Shown here: positions 43,427 to 62,284 of the stretch, piece by piece
Layout of the letters: every line of letters begins with the position of its first letter
Numbering within the stretch: the stretch's first letter is position 1
NCBI RefSeq assembly: GCF_009914755.1
Contig: NC_060926.1
DNA: 64,000 bases
Strand: one strand, 5' to 3'
Source of the DNA: the human T2T-CHM13v2.0 reference genome, Homo sapiens
Program-made: the position numbers and the translations under genes
The notes under the pieces: generated by a model
What the model saw: only the letters and a program-made list of their open reading frames with translations
What the model was told of the DNA's origin: nothing
Database searches by the model: none

Positions 43427-43995
43427 TAATTTTTGCATTTTTAGTAGAGACGGGATTTTGCCATGTTGGCCAGGCTGGTCTTGAACTCCTGACCTCAAGT
43501 GATCTGCCCGCCTTGACCTCCCAAAGTGCTGGGATTACAGGCATGAGCCACCACACCTAGCCATCTTTTACCCCAGTCTCAACACATAATGAATATCACC
43601 ATAACTTTGTTGAAAGAGAAAGTTGCTGTCATATTAAGGCTCTAACTATATATTGCTTAATATATTTTAAGGACGTTATACTCAATAATTAATCATTTCT
43701 GTCTACTTTGGACAAATGGCTGGTAGAAGTTTGTAACTTTTTTCTTTGAATTCTAATTTGAGGGAAAATCAATAGTGTGCTTTAACAAATGTTTTTATGG
43801 TCTTGCCAGCTTGCAGGTAAATTCCATAATGTGATTATATCATACTTAGGATTATACATTTTGGATTCATCTATTTATGAGCATTTCGTATTTCTCTTTT
43901 TATAGAGTATAAATCAACCTGTATTTTGGTCTCTACTGCCATGGTAAGTTTAGATTCTTATCTATTAATTAAAATCCAATTTATTTTCTGCCTAG

Positions 43996-44170
43996 ATGCA
44001 TTTGCTAAAAAGTGAAACATCAGTAGCAAATGGCAGTCAGTCAGAAAGTTCAGTGTCTACTCCATCTGCGTCATTTGAACCTAACAACACTTGTGAAAAC
44101 TCTCAGTCCAGAAATGCAGAGCTTTGTGAGATACCACCCACTTCTGATACAAAGTCAGATACTGCAACAG
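43996..44170 (+). CDS. UBXN4: UBXN4 exon 5
   Basis: cctag| and |gtaact. 175 nt, MHLLKSETSVANGSQSESSVSTPS...DTAT, Ser/Thr-rich linker. Confidence 0.95.
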
Positions 44171-44789
44171 GTAACTTTTAATGTACCTTTTTGAGTGCAA
44201 TAGAAGCTCCTTCACTACATTTTAATATTTAAATATTAATATTTTAAAAATATATTGTATGTATTTTTCTTCACATTTATTTAACTTAAAATTTAAGAGT
44301 CATATTAAATACACATGTGTCATTTAGTGGCAGAAGACAATAAAGTCAGTGAATGTCAGCTCAACTCCCAAATAGTCAACAATCCAGAGCAATTGATTTA
44401 TAATTTCTGCTATTGCGCTGCATGCTTCAAGGAATGTCATGACACTGAGCAGTTTTATAAATCTCTTACTAGCCTAGAGAATTTGGAAAGTTTCAAATGA
44501 ACTAAAGTATTATATTTGGAATTGTTTCTATAACATGTAAAAAGCTATATAAATTTAAGAGAATAGTGTTATATATATTTTTTTTGATTAGAGGTAAAAG
44601 ATAATTATGAAATAGAGCTTGTAGAAGTAAGAGGTGTGACTGTAAACTCATTGATAGAAAAGGCAAAAGAGAAATTTTTGGGATTGTGGTTGGAGTTGTT
44701 TGGTGTAATATAGCTTTGTATTAGGCAACCGAGGGGTAAATAAATCAAGATGTTAGGATATTAGTGTCCTAAAAGATGAATCTACTCCA

Positions 44790-45010
44790 GCATCCCACAC
44801 AAATAATCATCAAGCTTCTATTTGAATGCATTCAATGATGGGAAGCTCATTACCTTGCTAGGAAGCCTGTTCTGTTGTTGAACAGCTCTAGTTTTTAGAA
44901 AGAGTCTTCCTTATATTGAGCTGAAATTTGATGCCCCATAACTTCCTGTTAACATTAATGCTGCCTTGTGGAGTTACACATGACAGGTTTTGAATATTTG
45001 AAATACAGCT
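44790..45010. mobile_element. L3/CR1-like fragment
   Basis: gatgggaagctcattacc...gaacagctcta...ttccttatattgagctgaaat resembles L3/CR1 relics. Recognised from memory. Confidence 0.55.
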
Positions 45011-45129
45011 ATTTGTCTCATTTTGAGGTTTTACATCGGATGGATCATTCAACTTCTGGATGTGTACGGAACGGGGGGACTCTATTATGGATGTTCATTT
45101 AGGTCTACGACAGAATAATTACTTTAATT

Positions 45130-48135
<3,006 letters not shown>

Positions 48136-48273
48136 GTTATTCCAGTTGGCTTTTTAAGCCTAAAGGCGGAACTTCTCAATACATTTTTATTATATTTGGA
48201 TTTTTATCAGTTGTTTTAGCTTATTGAGGTGTTTTTTCAATCCAGAATTTTTTTTTTTTTTTTTTTTTTTTGA

Positions 48274-48429
<156 letters not shown>

Positions 48430-49444
48430 TAGTAGTGATGAGGTTTCACCATGTTGGCCAGACTGGTCTCAAACTCCTGACCTCAAATGATCCACCTGCC
48501 TCGGCCTCCCAAAGTGCTGGGACTACAGGTGTGAGCCACCATACCCGACCTAGAATTTTTCATTTAGGAATTAGCAGTTAAATATGAGTGTTAATAAGCT
48601 ATTTCACACAATTTTGGGTCACCCATAAAGTTACACATGGGCCAGGTACAATGGCTCATGCCTGTGATCCCAGTACTTTAGGAGGCCAAGATCAGTTGAG
48701 CTCAGGAGTTCGAGACCAGCCTCGGCAGTGTGACAAAACCCAGTCTCCATACAAAATACAAAAATTAGCCAGGCATGGTAGCGTGCACTGGTGGCCCCAG
48801 CTACTAGGGAGGGTGAAGTAGGAAGATGGCTTGATCCCAGGAGGCGGAGGTTGCAGTGAGCCAAGATCATGCCACTGCTCTCCAGCCTGGGCAACAAAGC
48901 TAGACCATGTCTCAAAAAAAAAAAGTTACAAATTTATATTTTACATCTTCAAGTCATTTATGAAATACCAAAGGCAGAGAACTCTGTGACATACAATTGG
49001 AAATCTTCCTCTATAAGACATCTTTCCATTTCTCTTTAATTATGAGTCATAGATTCACCTAACTGTACTCTTATTCAACACTTTTCCCCCAGCTTGTCCA
49101 CAGGTTATCTTCATAAGATGTTAAATTTTTGCTGATAATAAGACATGTCCTCAGCATTTATTTTATTTGCTAAAGAAAGGTGGTTAATTTCCTATTGAGC
49201 CTCTACTGGCTGCTAGTGGTTACCACTTCTTATCCAAGAGTTGCATTCAGTGATACACTGGTAAACATTTATCAGAAGGATCTGTGGAAGCAAAGGCCCA
49301 TATTTGTAGTATTTGCTAATTTCCCAGGTGTAAATACTCCCACTTTGTTGATTTCAAGCTACCTAGGTTATGCCCCTGAATGGGGAGGGAGAAGAGATAT
49401 GCACCATCGTCTCTACTTAGTCATACTAATTATTTTTACTACTA

Positions 49445-49625
49445 CTGTAGTAACGAAAATGCTTACCATGTGCCAGTCTCAGTTAAGTTCTAAGCATTTT
49501 ACTTGTATTAACACGTATTTCTTATAACAACCGTGTGAGGTTACTATCCCCATTTTACTGATGAGATACAGAGGTATTAAGGAACTTACTGAAATGACTG
49601 TGTGGCTCCAGAGTCCTTGTTCGCC
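49445..49625 (-). mobile_element. MIR SINE
   Basis: ttaccatgtgccag...ctatccccattttactgatgag...tggctccagagtcc. Confidence 0.75.
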
Positions 49626-49844
49626 AAAGACTGTAAAGAAGAATCAGGTTGGTGGCAAGTTGTAAGGAAGGGAATGACAGAGGTCTTGTAGAATAGGCTA
49701 GGACAAAAGTCTATCTTTCAGGAAATCCTTCAAAGAAAACTAGCATAAAGAGGCTCTCTAAGGAACCACTCTGGTCAGCAGAAGCAGATTCCTTGGACCA
49801 GTGTAAGTCCAGAGCCATACCCAGGATCAAACCTGGCCTGTATT

Positions 49845-50000
49845 GCTCACTGCTCAATAGCCACAGCCACATTTTAATTAAAATTAATTACAACTAAAAT
49901 TTGTCCCTCACTTGCAGTAACCTCATTTTAGATGTTCAACAGCCGCTTGTCTAGTGGCTGCTGTGTTAGACAGTATAGATATTGGAGGGCACTGCTCTAG
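49845..50000. mobile_element. hAT-Charlie MITE fragment (MER3/MER33-like)
   Basis: gttcaacagccgcttgtctagtggctgctgtgttagacag...cactgctctag. Recognised from memory. Confidence 0.55.
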
Positions 50001-50299
50001 AGTGAAGGCTACCCATAGCCAGGCATGCCTCCTGCCAGATTGTTATTCATGTTTTACATCTGACCTTTACCTTGGTGATTTTAACTCGGTAACTGCTTTA
50101 TTTCTATTTGTGAACAATTTTATCCACGTCTAAACTTTAGGATTAGTAATAGCATATTTAGCTCCTTCTCCATTTTTAGGGAAAATATATAATGCTTAAG
50201 ATATAAAATTATTAACAGATGCTATAATCTGAAAGATTTATTCCTTTAAAAAGTTGCATTAAATGCAGTATTCTTATTTCTTTTTATTTAATAATTAAG

Positions 50300-50393
50300 G
50301 AGGAGAAAGTGCAGGCCATGCCACTTCCTCTCAGGAGCCTAGTGGATGCTCAGATCAGAGACCTGCAGAGGACCTCAACATCCGAGTGGAAAG
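50300..50393 (+). CDS. UBXN4: UBXN4 exon 6
   Basis: taag| and |gtttgc. 94 nt, GGESAGHATSSQEPSGCSDQRPAEDLNIRVE(R), phase 1 to 2. Confidence 0.92.
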
Positions 50394-53300
50394 GTTTGCT
50401 CTTCTTTTTGCAAATAGCATTTTGTTTAAAAAGACAGTGGTTTTCAGTTATTTCATTAATTTGAATTAAAGCTAAAGTTATACAAATGAAGTTTTAGAAT
50501 TCTGAGTTGAAATTTTTGATCACCTAACTAATTTGTATCCATAAACATTACACTCTAAGTGTAAAGTTTTCATGTATGTCTGAAGTCACCAGTCAGCTTT
50601 TGGTCTGATCATTCTAAGAATCCCCTTTTTAATGGTATTTTGGTACATGGGTGTTTCCATCTGTCACTTCTGCTTTTATCTCTATGCCATAAGGATAATA
50701 AGCTCCAGATGGGCAAGAACTTCAGCTTATTTCATGACTATGTACTGAGCTTAAGTTCTGCATAAGTGGGTGTCTACTAAGTGGCATTTTTCATTAGTTG
50801 GTCTAATAATCAGATACAAATTTCTGGCTCTTTGTAGTTTCTAGTATTTTTAATGATACAGTAATTGTCAAATCATAGTCTTTTATGCTGTGATTCCTAC
50901 ATGAGTTAATAATTAGTGGTTAAGCGGGAATATTTTAAACCCTGATTTAAACCCCTTTAGCGTTAGTTATATGGAAGTTTAAAAAAATTCCTTAGCATTT
51001 AAAAATTTTTTTAAAAAAACCTTCCTTAGAGAGACTTGATATTTTCTTGTTCACATAGATGCTTCGGGGAAACAGGGTTCAAAGTGATTGCTGATATTGT
51101 CTTTGAGTTTGCTTGTGACTCAGTAAAGATCAGCTTCTTTTCAGCAAAACCTAGATTCTGATTGTTCTTTGTAGGGGAAGGGGCAGTGCCCAGACCTTGA
51201 GGTGAAAAGCAGGCTGGACCTCACAGTGGTGAGGAAAGTGGTATAAGCCTAGAAGAATAGCAGCAGGAAACTTAAGTTCCCAAGGGTTCATCCTGTTTTG
51301 CTTCTTTCTGATTTGCTAACACCAGGCCCACTACTCTGTACCTTTATTTGCACCACTCTGGGCTGAAGTGAAAATAAAAAATCTGGAAAAGGGTTTGGAG
51401 ACTTGGGGCAAAAACCTGAATTACATCAGGTAGCCCTTTATTTTGAGGTGGGGTCAGGCGCTATTTAGTTATACTGGAAAAAGTTTTTAATAGCCTCCAT
51501 TCTTATGTAGGGGAATGTCAGCTAGTGTCTGCCTGTGTCATAGTACTAATTAATTCACAAGCTGAGATCCTGCATTTTATTCATCTGCGTTCATGCCAAA
51601 TTAGGAATCTTGTTCCTTTTGTGGAATCTGATTCATTGACAATGACAATAACTAATAACACCAGCGTATGTAATATTCCCATTCCAAATGTCCACTTAGC
51701 TCATTATTTATACCCTAAGAGTTGCCATCGTTCTCACCATCCCCTGCCATAGACTGTGAAGCTCTTGTGCCCTCAACTAACTCATCCCCTGCCATCTTTT
51801 GCAGGGTATTGAACTGTGAAACTACTAGTTTCCCTGTCTCTCTGAACTGAAGTGCTTTTTCTCAGCCTGGTTAAGTTGGACCCATCAGTCCCTGTTGTGT
51901 AATCTGATATTTTAGAATTATATGAAGTTCTATAAAGCAAAATTCATGCATTTTTCTCTGACCTTGATGGTATTTTAAAATCTATTTCATACAAATTAAA
52001 AATTCAGAGTTAAAATTTGGCAGGGGCTGTGAGTGGTGGCTCACGCCTGTAATCCCAGCACTTTGGGAGGCTGAGACAGGTGGTTTGCTTGAGCCCAGAA
52101 AATAGAGACCAGCCTGGGCAACATGGCAAAACCCCATCTCTACAAAAAAATACAAAAATTAATTGGGTGAGGTGGTGCACACCTGTAGTCCCAGCTACTC
52201 AGGAGGCTGAGGTGGGAGGATCACCTGAGCCCAGGAGGTCAAGGCTGCAGTGAGCCATGATCACACCACTGTACTCCAGCCTGAGTGACAGAGCAAGACT
52301 CTGTCTCAAAAAGTAAATAAATAAGACCAGGCATGGTGGATCACGCCTGTAGTCCCAGCACTTTGAGAGGCTGAGATGGGTGGATCATTTGAGGCCGGGA
52401 GTTCAAGACCAGCCTGGCCAACGTGACGAAACCCTGTCTCTACTAGAAAAATACAAAAATTAGCTGGGCATGGCACGCATCTGTAGTCCCAGCTACTCAG
52501 GAGGTTGAGGCAGGAAAATTGCTTGAACCCGGGATGCAGAGGTTGCAGTGAGCCAAGGTCATGCCACTACACTCCAGCCTGGGTGACAGAGTGCTACTCC
52601 GTCTCAAAATAAATAAAATAAAATAAAAAATAAAGCAGGATGGATTAGCAAATGTAAGATTCTTACTTTCCTCTCAGGCTACAGTTGAAACTGAGATCTA
52701 TTTCCAAAGACCATGTTTTTGGAAAACTAATTACTGTAGTTGACTTTAAGTCTTAGGCTTTTTTCTCATCTAGCTTCAAAGAAAACTAATTTTGTTAAGG
52801 GAAAGGGTGACTAAATCAAATTGACATTAGTGAGAAATTCATCCTATCTTGTACATAAGAACATAGTCCTTCAATCTTGAGCTGCATTTTGTCAAGTAAA
52901 CATAATTAAAAAAAAACGGATTGGTGATTTGAAATTGTGAGATCTAAGTTTTTATTTTTAATATTAATGGATATACAATGGTTATTTATTTATTTATGAG
53001 GCAGAGTCTTGCCCTGTTGCCCAGGCTGGAGTGCAGTGGCATGATCTTGGCTCACTGTAGCCTCTGACTCCCGGGTTCCAGCGATTCTCCTGCCTCAGCC
53101 TCCCAAGTAGCTGGGATTACAGGCATGCACCACCACACCCGGCTAATTTTTAAAATATTTTTAGTAGCAACAGGGTTTCGCCATGTTGGCTGGGCTGGTC
53201 TTGAACTTCTGACTTCAGGTCATCTGCTCACCTTGGCCTCCCAAAGTGCTGGGATTACAGGTGTGAGCCACAGCACCTCGCCTATGATGGTTTTTTGTTT

Positions 53301-53653
53301 GTTTGTTTTTGAGATGAAGTCTGGCTCTGTTGCCAGGCTGGAGTGCAGTGACATGATCTCGGCTCACTGCAACCTCCTCCACCCAGTTCAAGTGGTCCTC
53401 GTACCTCAGCTTCCTGAGTATCTGGGATTACAGGTATGCGCCACCATGACTGGCTAATTTTTGTATTTTTAGTAGAGACAGGGGTTTGCCATGTTGGCCA
53501 GGCTGGTCTCGAACTCCTGGCCTCAAATAATCCACCCGCCTTGGCTTCTTCAAGTGCTGAGATTACAGGCTTGAGCCACCATGTCTGGCCAGGATATACA
53601 ATGTTTCACTAAAGTAGCAGATGTGAAATAGGAATCTTTTAGCGAATCTTTAG

Positions 53654-54000
<347 letters not shown>

Positions 54001-54334
54001 TAAAATGGGCAGAATTATCTGGCAAAGATAATATATACTACCATGAATTCTAGTCTTTTTATTTGAATAAGTTTCAAACCTCAACGTTGAAAAAATAGTG
54101 TAATGGCCATCTTTTAATTTTTTTCTTTTTTTTTTTCTTCTGATTCATTTGAAAGTTGCAGACATAATTTCACTTCATGCCTAGATACCTCAGCATGCAG
54201 CTCCTAGGAAGACATTGGCTGAGGGTCTGTGGGCTTTGAGCAGGGACTCCATCCTAGGCCAGGATCTGGGGATCTGTGCTCACAGACCCATGTCCTGCCC
54301 CCTTCTGGCACCCAAGCAGGCATAGTGACCATTA

Positions 54335-54628
<294 letters not shown>

Positions 54629-55506
54629 TCAAAAAAAAAAAAAAGTCGAAGCCCAAATGTAGAAGTTATGGAACAGTCAATTTGTTATTAAATTAGATGC
54701 AGTGTAGCTTTTCACCCAAATTAAAACAAACTTGCGTTTGTATTTCTCAGAAGAAAATTCTACAGATGGTCTATAAATACATTTATACACCATTTTCAGA
54801 TGGTGTATATTTTCAGATACAAGCACGATACCATTATCATACTCAAGAAATTCTCAATTGATACAGTAAGATTATCTAATTTGTCCGTATTCAGATTTCC
54901 CAGTTGCTCCAATAATGGCCCTTTTAACTTTTCTTCCCTTGATTCAAGATCCAGTCAAGGATTGTTCATTGCATTTAGTTTAGGCTCTGAATCCAAGACA
55001 CTTCTTGTTTGCATTTTTCATGATTTAGACATTTTGAAGAGTCTAGGTTAGTTGTTTCTACAATGTCCTTTGATCTGCTCCCTGTTCTATCATTAGATTC
55101 AGGTTAAACTCTGATAAGAACATTACCAAGATAATGTTTTGTCCTTTCCATTACTCATATCAGGAGACAAGTAATATGAGATGTATGCATTATTGGAGCT
55201 GTAAAGTTTAATTATTTGGTTAGGATGTTGTCTGTTGGGTACCCTTTTCATTTTCTAATATATAAGTTGTCTATGGGGTGATTCAAATGGTAAATATCCT
55301 ACTGCTTAAAAACTTCACCCGGTGGTTTCAGCATTCATTGATTTTTGCTGTAATCACCTATTTCATTGATGTTTAAAAATTGTGGTATTTTTCTCATTCT
55401 GTTTTTTTCTACATTTATCAGCTAGCATTCTTCTGTAGAGAAATGCTTTGATCTACCCCCTCTACTTTCCATCTGCCCACCCCCGCCCCCTTTTTCCAGT
55501 AAACTA

Positions 55507-55886
<380 letters not shown>

Positions 55887-56612
55887 CTAATGCCCCTTCC
55901 CAATTATGGATTCCCTCCATAAGATGATCACTATCCTGAATCGAACACTGTAGGTTAGTTGTCTGTTTGTGAACTTTGTGATGGAATCATGCAACGTGTA
56001 TTTTTGTGTTTGATCTCCTTTGTTCAGCTTTGTATTTTGAGGCTTATCCGTGTTGCATGTCACAGTAATTGGTGCACTCTCATTGCTTTATAGTATTCTG
56101 TTTGACTCTACCTTGATTTATTAATCCATTCTACTGTTGGTGGACATTAGGATTGTTTTCAGTTTGGGGCTATTTGAATAGAACTGCTATGAGGAATATT
56201 CTTGTATATGTCTTGGTGAACATGTGTACACATTTCTTTTGGGCATATATATGAAGAAGCGGGAATTTCTGGGTTATACATAGTGATCAAACAGCTTTCC
56301 AAAGTGGTTAGGCCAATTTACAGTTCCCCTTAGCAGTTAAGACATGTCACAGATGCTTTTTTTTCTCTCATGTGTTACTATCCATTTCTCTATTCTTTTT
56401 GGTGCACAAATTGCCCCAAATTTGACTTGTTGGAATCCCCTTCATATTGGGTCTTCTGGCTTTTTGACAGTACTCACTCCCTTGATTGCTGGCACACATT
56501 GTTCAGTTTGGTATACACCAAACACTTTTAGAGAAAATACCATTTTCATTTAAAAAAATGAAATATAATTCACTACCATGAAATTGAAAGTGTACAATTC
56601 AGTGAGTTTTAG

Positions 56613-56954
<342 letters not shown>

Positions 56955-57062
56955 TGAGCCACCGTGCCTGGCCGATTTTATTAGTTTTTGAGATGGGGTT
57001 TCATTACGTTGCATTACACTACCATGCTCAGCTGATTTTATATTATTATTTTTTTTTCCTGA

Positions 57063-57218
<156 letters not shown>

Positions 57219-58245
57219 TAGTAGAGACAGGGTTTCGCCGTGTTGGCCAGGCTAGTCTCAAACTCCTGACCTCAATTGATCCGCCTGCCTCGGCCTCCCA
57301 AAGTGCTGGGATTGATTACAGGTTTGAGCCACCGTGCCCAGCCTGATTTTTTATTTTTTGTAAAGATGGGGTCTCAAGTTGTTACCCAGACTGGTTTCGA
57401 ACTCCAGGGCTTAGGCTATCCTCCTGCCTCAGCCTCCTGCAGTGCTGAGATTACACATGTGAGCCACCACACCCAGCCTCCATTTGTTTGTTTATTTCAG
57501 ACAGGGTCTCCCTTTGTCACCCAGGCTGGAATGCAGTAACGCGAACGTGACTCGCTGCAGCCTCGACCTCCCGGCTCAAGCAATTCTGTTACCTTAGCCC
57601 CTAAAGTAGCTGGAACTACAGGCACACGCCACCATGCCTGGCTAATTTTTGTGTTTTCTGTAGAGACAGAGTTTTGCCATGTTGCTCAAGCTGGTCTTTA
57701 GCTCAAGAGATCCACCAACCTCAGCCCTCCCAAAGTGCTGGGATTACAGGCATGAGCCACTGTGCCCAGCCTCCATTCATTTTTAACTGATGAACTTCTT
57801 ACAGTTGAGAATCAAGTTGGTGTTAGTAATTTGGTATTAATAATTTGCTGGCCTTAAGTTTTTATTTTTACAGGTTTTTTTTTTTTTAACCATAGTGCTG
57901 TTTAGTTTTATATAAGGAGTAGAGCATTTATAAGTCACTGATTTATGTATTTGTTTGAAAATGTATTTGTAGATTTTAAAGTCAATATCAGGTAAATCAG
58001 AAAAAAAGGGAAACTAATCATAAGTGGGAAGTGAGGCATTTAGAATGAAGCTAGGCTTCTGATGGGCTCTCGTTGACTCCAGGATTTCTGTAGGGGCCTG
58101 AAGCCAGGCAGATAAATAGTTGCTTGCTTTTTGTTTGTTTGTTTCTTTATTTCTCCAATTGTTTTAGCTAAATCCATCTCCTAAATGTGTTTTATATTAA
58201 TATGATGTGTCTCAATTAGTGGTGGTTTTTTTTTTTTTAATACAG

Positions 58246-58300
58246 ACTAACAAAAAAACTTGAAGAAAGGAGAGAAGAGAAAAGAAAAGAGGAAGAACAG
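58246..58300 (+). CDS. UBXN4: UBXN4 exon 7
   Basis: Poly-T then tacag|, and |gtaaag. 55 nt, LTKKLEERREEKRKEEEQ (coiled-coil-like). Confidence 0.95.
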
Positions 58301-59051
58301 GTAAAGTTCATGCAGTTAGCATTGTTTTGTCCTCTCATTAACTGAGGTTGTGATTGATTGATTATTCTATTCAGTGTGGCAGGCCTAGGGTGACTTCATA
58401 GTTTTAGTTCAGTGTTGCAGCACTATGAAGATAATTCCTGTTTTCTCTAGTAGAGTCATAGTATATACATTTTTTGTGTTCTTTTCGTAAATTACTATGA
58501 ATAAATTAGACCATGCTTTTTCCCTCTGCAATGATTTTTTTTTACACTAAGAATAAAGGGACTTGAGCTAAAATGTTTGGCTTGAGGTTGAACAAAGTTT
58601 TAGTTCATTTTTGTGAAAAAATGTATAGACATTTTGCTGAATTTTTCCTCTCCTGTTAAGCATTCTAGCACATGGTTCATTTTTCTCACCATGTATACCT
58701 AACTGTGTAGCATGTCTTTGGAGTTCTAATATAGGAAGGTTACCATTTCATTCAAGCCAAATACGTGACTGCCATGTTGTCCCTGAAGGGTAATATATTT
58801 ACCCTCATGACTAAAGACCTGTAATTATGCTTGCCTTCAAATTACACTGACTACATTATTATCTTAACAGACCATTGGCAATGATTTATAGATTGATAGA
58901 CATTTGACCATTAAGCGTGCCATTAATAAACTCGTCTAGACTTACATTTTATGAAGTTTTATTCTTTTAACTGCAGTTTTCGTTGCATTCAAAATAATAT
59001 CTGGGGCAGATTATCAAGTTTTTGGATCATAAAACTTTTTCTTTAATTCAG

Positions 59052-59216
59052 AGAGAAATTAAGAAGGAAATTGAGAGGAGAAAAACTGGAAAAGAAATGT
59101 TGGATTATAAAAGAAAACAAGAAGAAGAATTAACAAAAAGAATGCTGGAGGAAAGAAACAGAGAGAAAGCAGAAGATAGGGCAGCTCGAGAACGTATAAA
59201 ACAGCAGATTGCATTG
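59052..59216 (+). CDS. UBXN4: UBXN4 exon 8
   Basis: ttcag| and |gtaagt. 165 nt, REIKKEIERRKTGKEMLDY...ERIKQQIAL. Confidence 0.96.
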
Positions 59217-59678
59217 GTAAGTCTTAAGTTTCCAGACATTCGTGAAACTGTTTTTCTGTGCACAGTAGCTTTAGATTACTACCAGACTGTGCACACAAAA
59301 ATAGATTTTAGTGACTCATAGACTACCAATCCTGAGCTTCCTTTTATTAGAAATTGTAAATGAATTAAAATAGTTAAGATTAAAATTGAGTTGATTTTTT
59401 TGAAGTGATTTTTATTCATATTTTGTTAATTTATGACTTTTATCAGCATTCAAAAAGCAGCTTTTAAAGATTCCCTAGAAAATAAGCTAAGTACTAGTAC
59501 CTACTACTAGTACTAAGTACCTACTAGTAGTAACTACTAGTACTAAGTACCTAGTAGTTCTTCTGTAGTCACAGGCACACTTTTTTGCAACATTGAAAGG
59601 ATTTAGGCACATCATAAAGCTTAGTTTGCAACAATTGCTTTTATAATTCATCAGCTGCAATACATATTAAAACCATCC

Positions 59679-60820
<1,142 letters not shown>

Positions 60821-60900
60821 TTCCATGCATATTTGTTTGGAATTGTGTGAATTAACCATTCTGGCAGTAAAGGTAATTGGTATTTAATGATGTTTTAAAG

Positions 60901-61028
60901 GACCGTGCAGAGAGAGCTGCTCGTTTTGCAAAGACAAAGGAAGAAGTAGAGGCTGCCAAAGCTGCTGCCTTGCTAGCAAAACAGGCAGAAATGGAAGTCA
61001 AGAGGGAATCTTATGCAAGAGAAAGAAG
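60901..61028 (+). CDS. UBXN4: UBXN4 exon 9 (last exon in window, before the UBX domain)
   Basis: ttttaaag| and |gtacta. 128 nt, DRAERAARFAKTKEEVEAAKAAALLAKQAEMEVKRESYARER. Cumulative CDS is 950 nt. Confidence 0.95.
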
Positions 61029-61238
61029 GTACTATATTTCATGCTGAAACATCTCTGTGCACATAGGGGCTGAGGAGAATGATTATAAGCTGGTTTTTAA
61101 CACTGATGTATACTGTGGTTATAAGCAGTCCATTCCAGAGGGACATATTAATTTGACAGCTCCCAATGGTATCTCTCATTTCGTGTGAGTGTACACTAAA
61201 AAAGTACTACATAAATAACTTTAAAAGAGGGCCCAATA

Positions 61239-61634
<396 letters not shown>

Positions 61635-62284
61635 TCAGAATCCCCTATCCGATAGGATTAAGCAAAAGAGGAAATACATTGGCTCTGCAGTTCAGAAATC
61701 CAAGGGTGAATTTGGTTAGGCATAGCTGTGTCCAGCAATCTAAAGGATACCATTACAATTTCTCTCTCTCTTTTTAATTCTTGGTTTCTTCTGTTTTAGC
61801 TTCATTCTTAGAGAAACTCTCCAAATGGTGTCAGGAGAGCCCAGCACCTCCTGGCACTTTCAGGACCTTGAATTCACGATCCCAGACAGAAGAGATTAAC
61901 CTTTTCTCTCTCATGCCTGTATCAGTCACTGAGAATTCTGACTGCCCCTGTTTGGATCATGTGGCCACCTTCAGAGTAGTCAGTGTCCACATGTGTGGGC
62001 CCTCTGGTTGGAGGAGGTGACATGCCCAATCTTGTGGTGAAGGAGGTGGGGGAAATGTTATTGATAATTATACCAGAACGAATGACACATAGCAGGGTAA
62101 GAAGGCAGTTCCCAAAACAAAAATATGTTGAAAAGACAAAAAAAGTTTAGATTTCTAGTACACCTTGCTAATTGGATTATGGTTAATACTTATTGTCTTC
62201 TCTGTGCCTTTTCATATTTCCATATTGGACAGTTAACAAGTAGTATTTTGTAATCAGAAAAATTTTTAAAAATAATTTTCCAAA

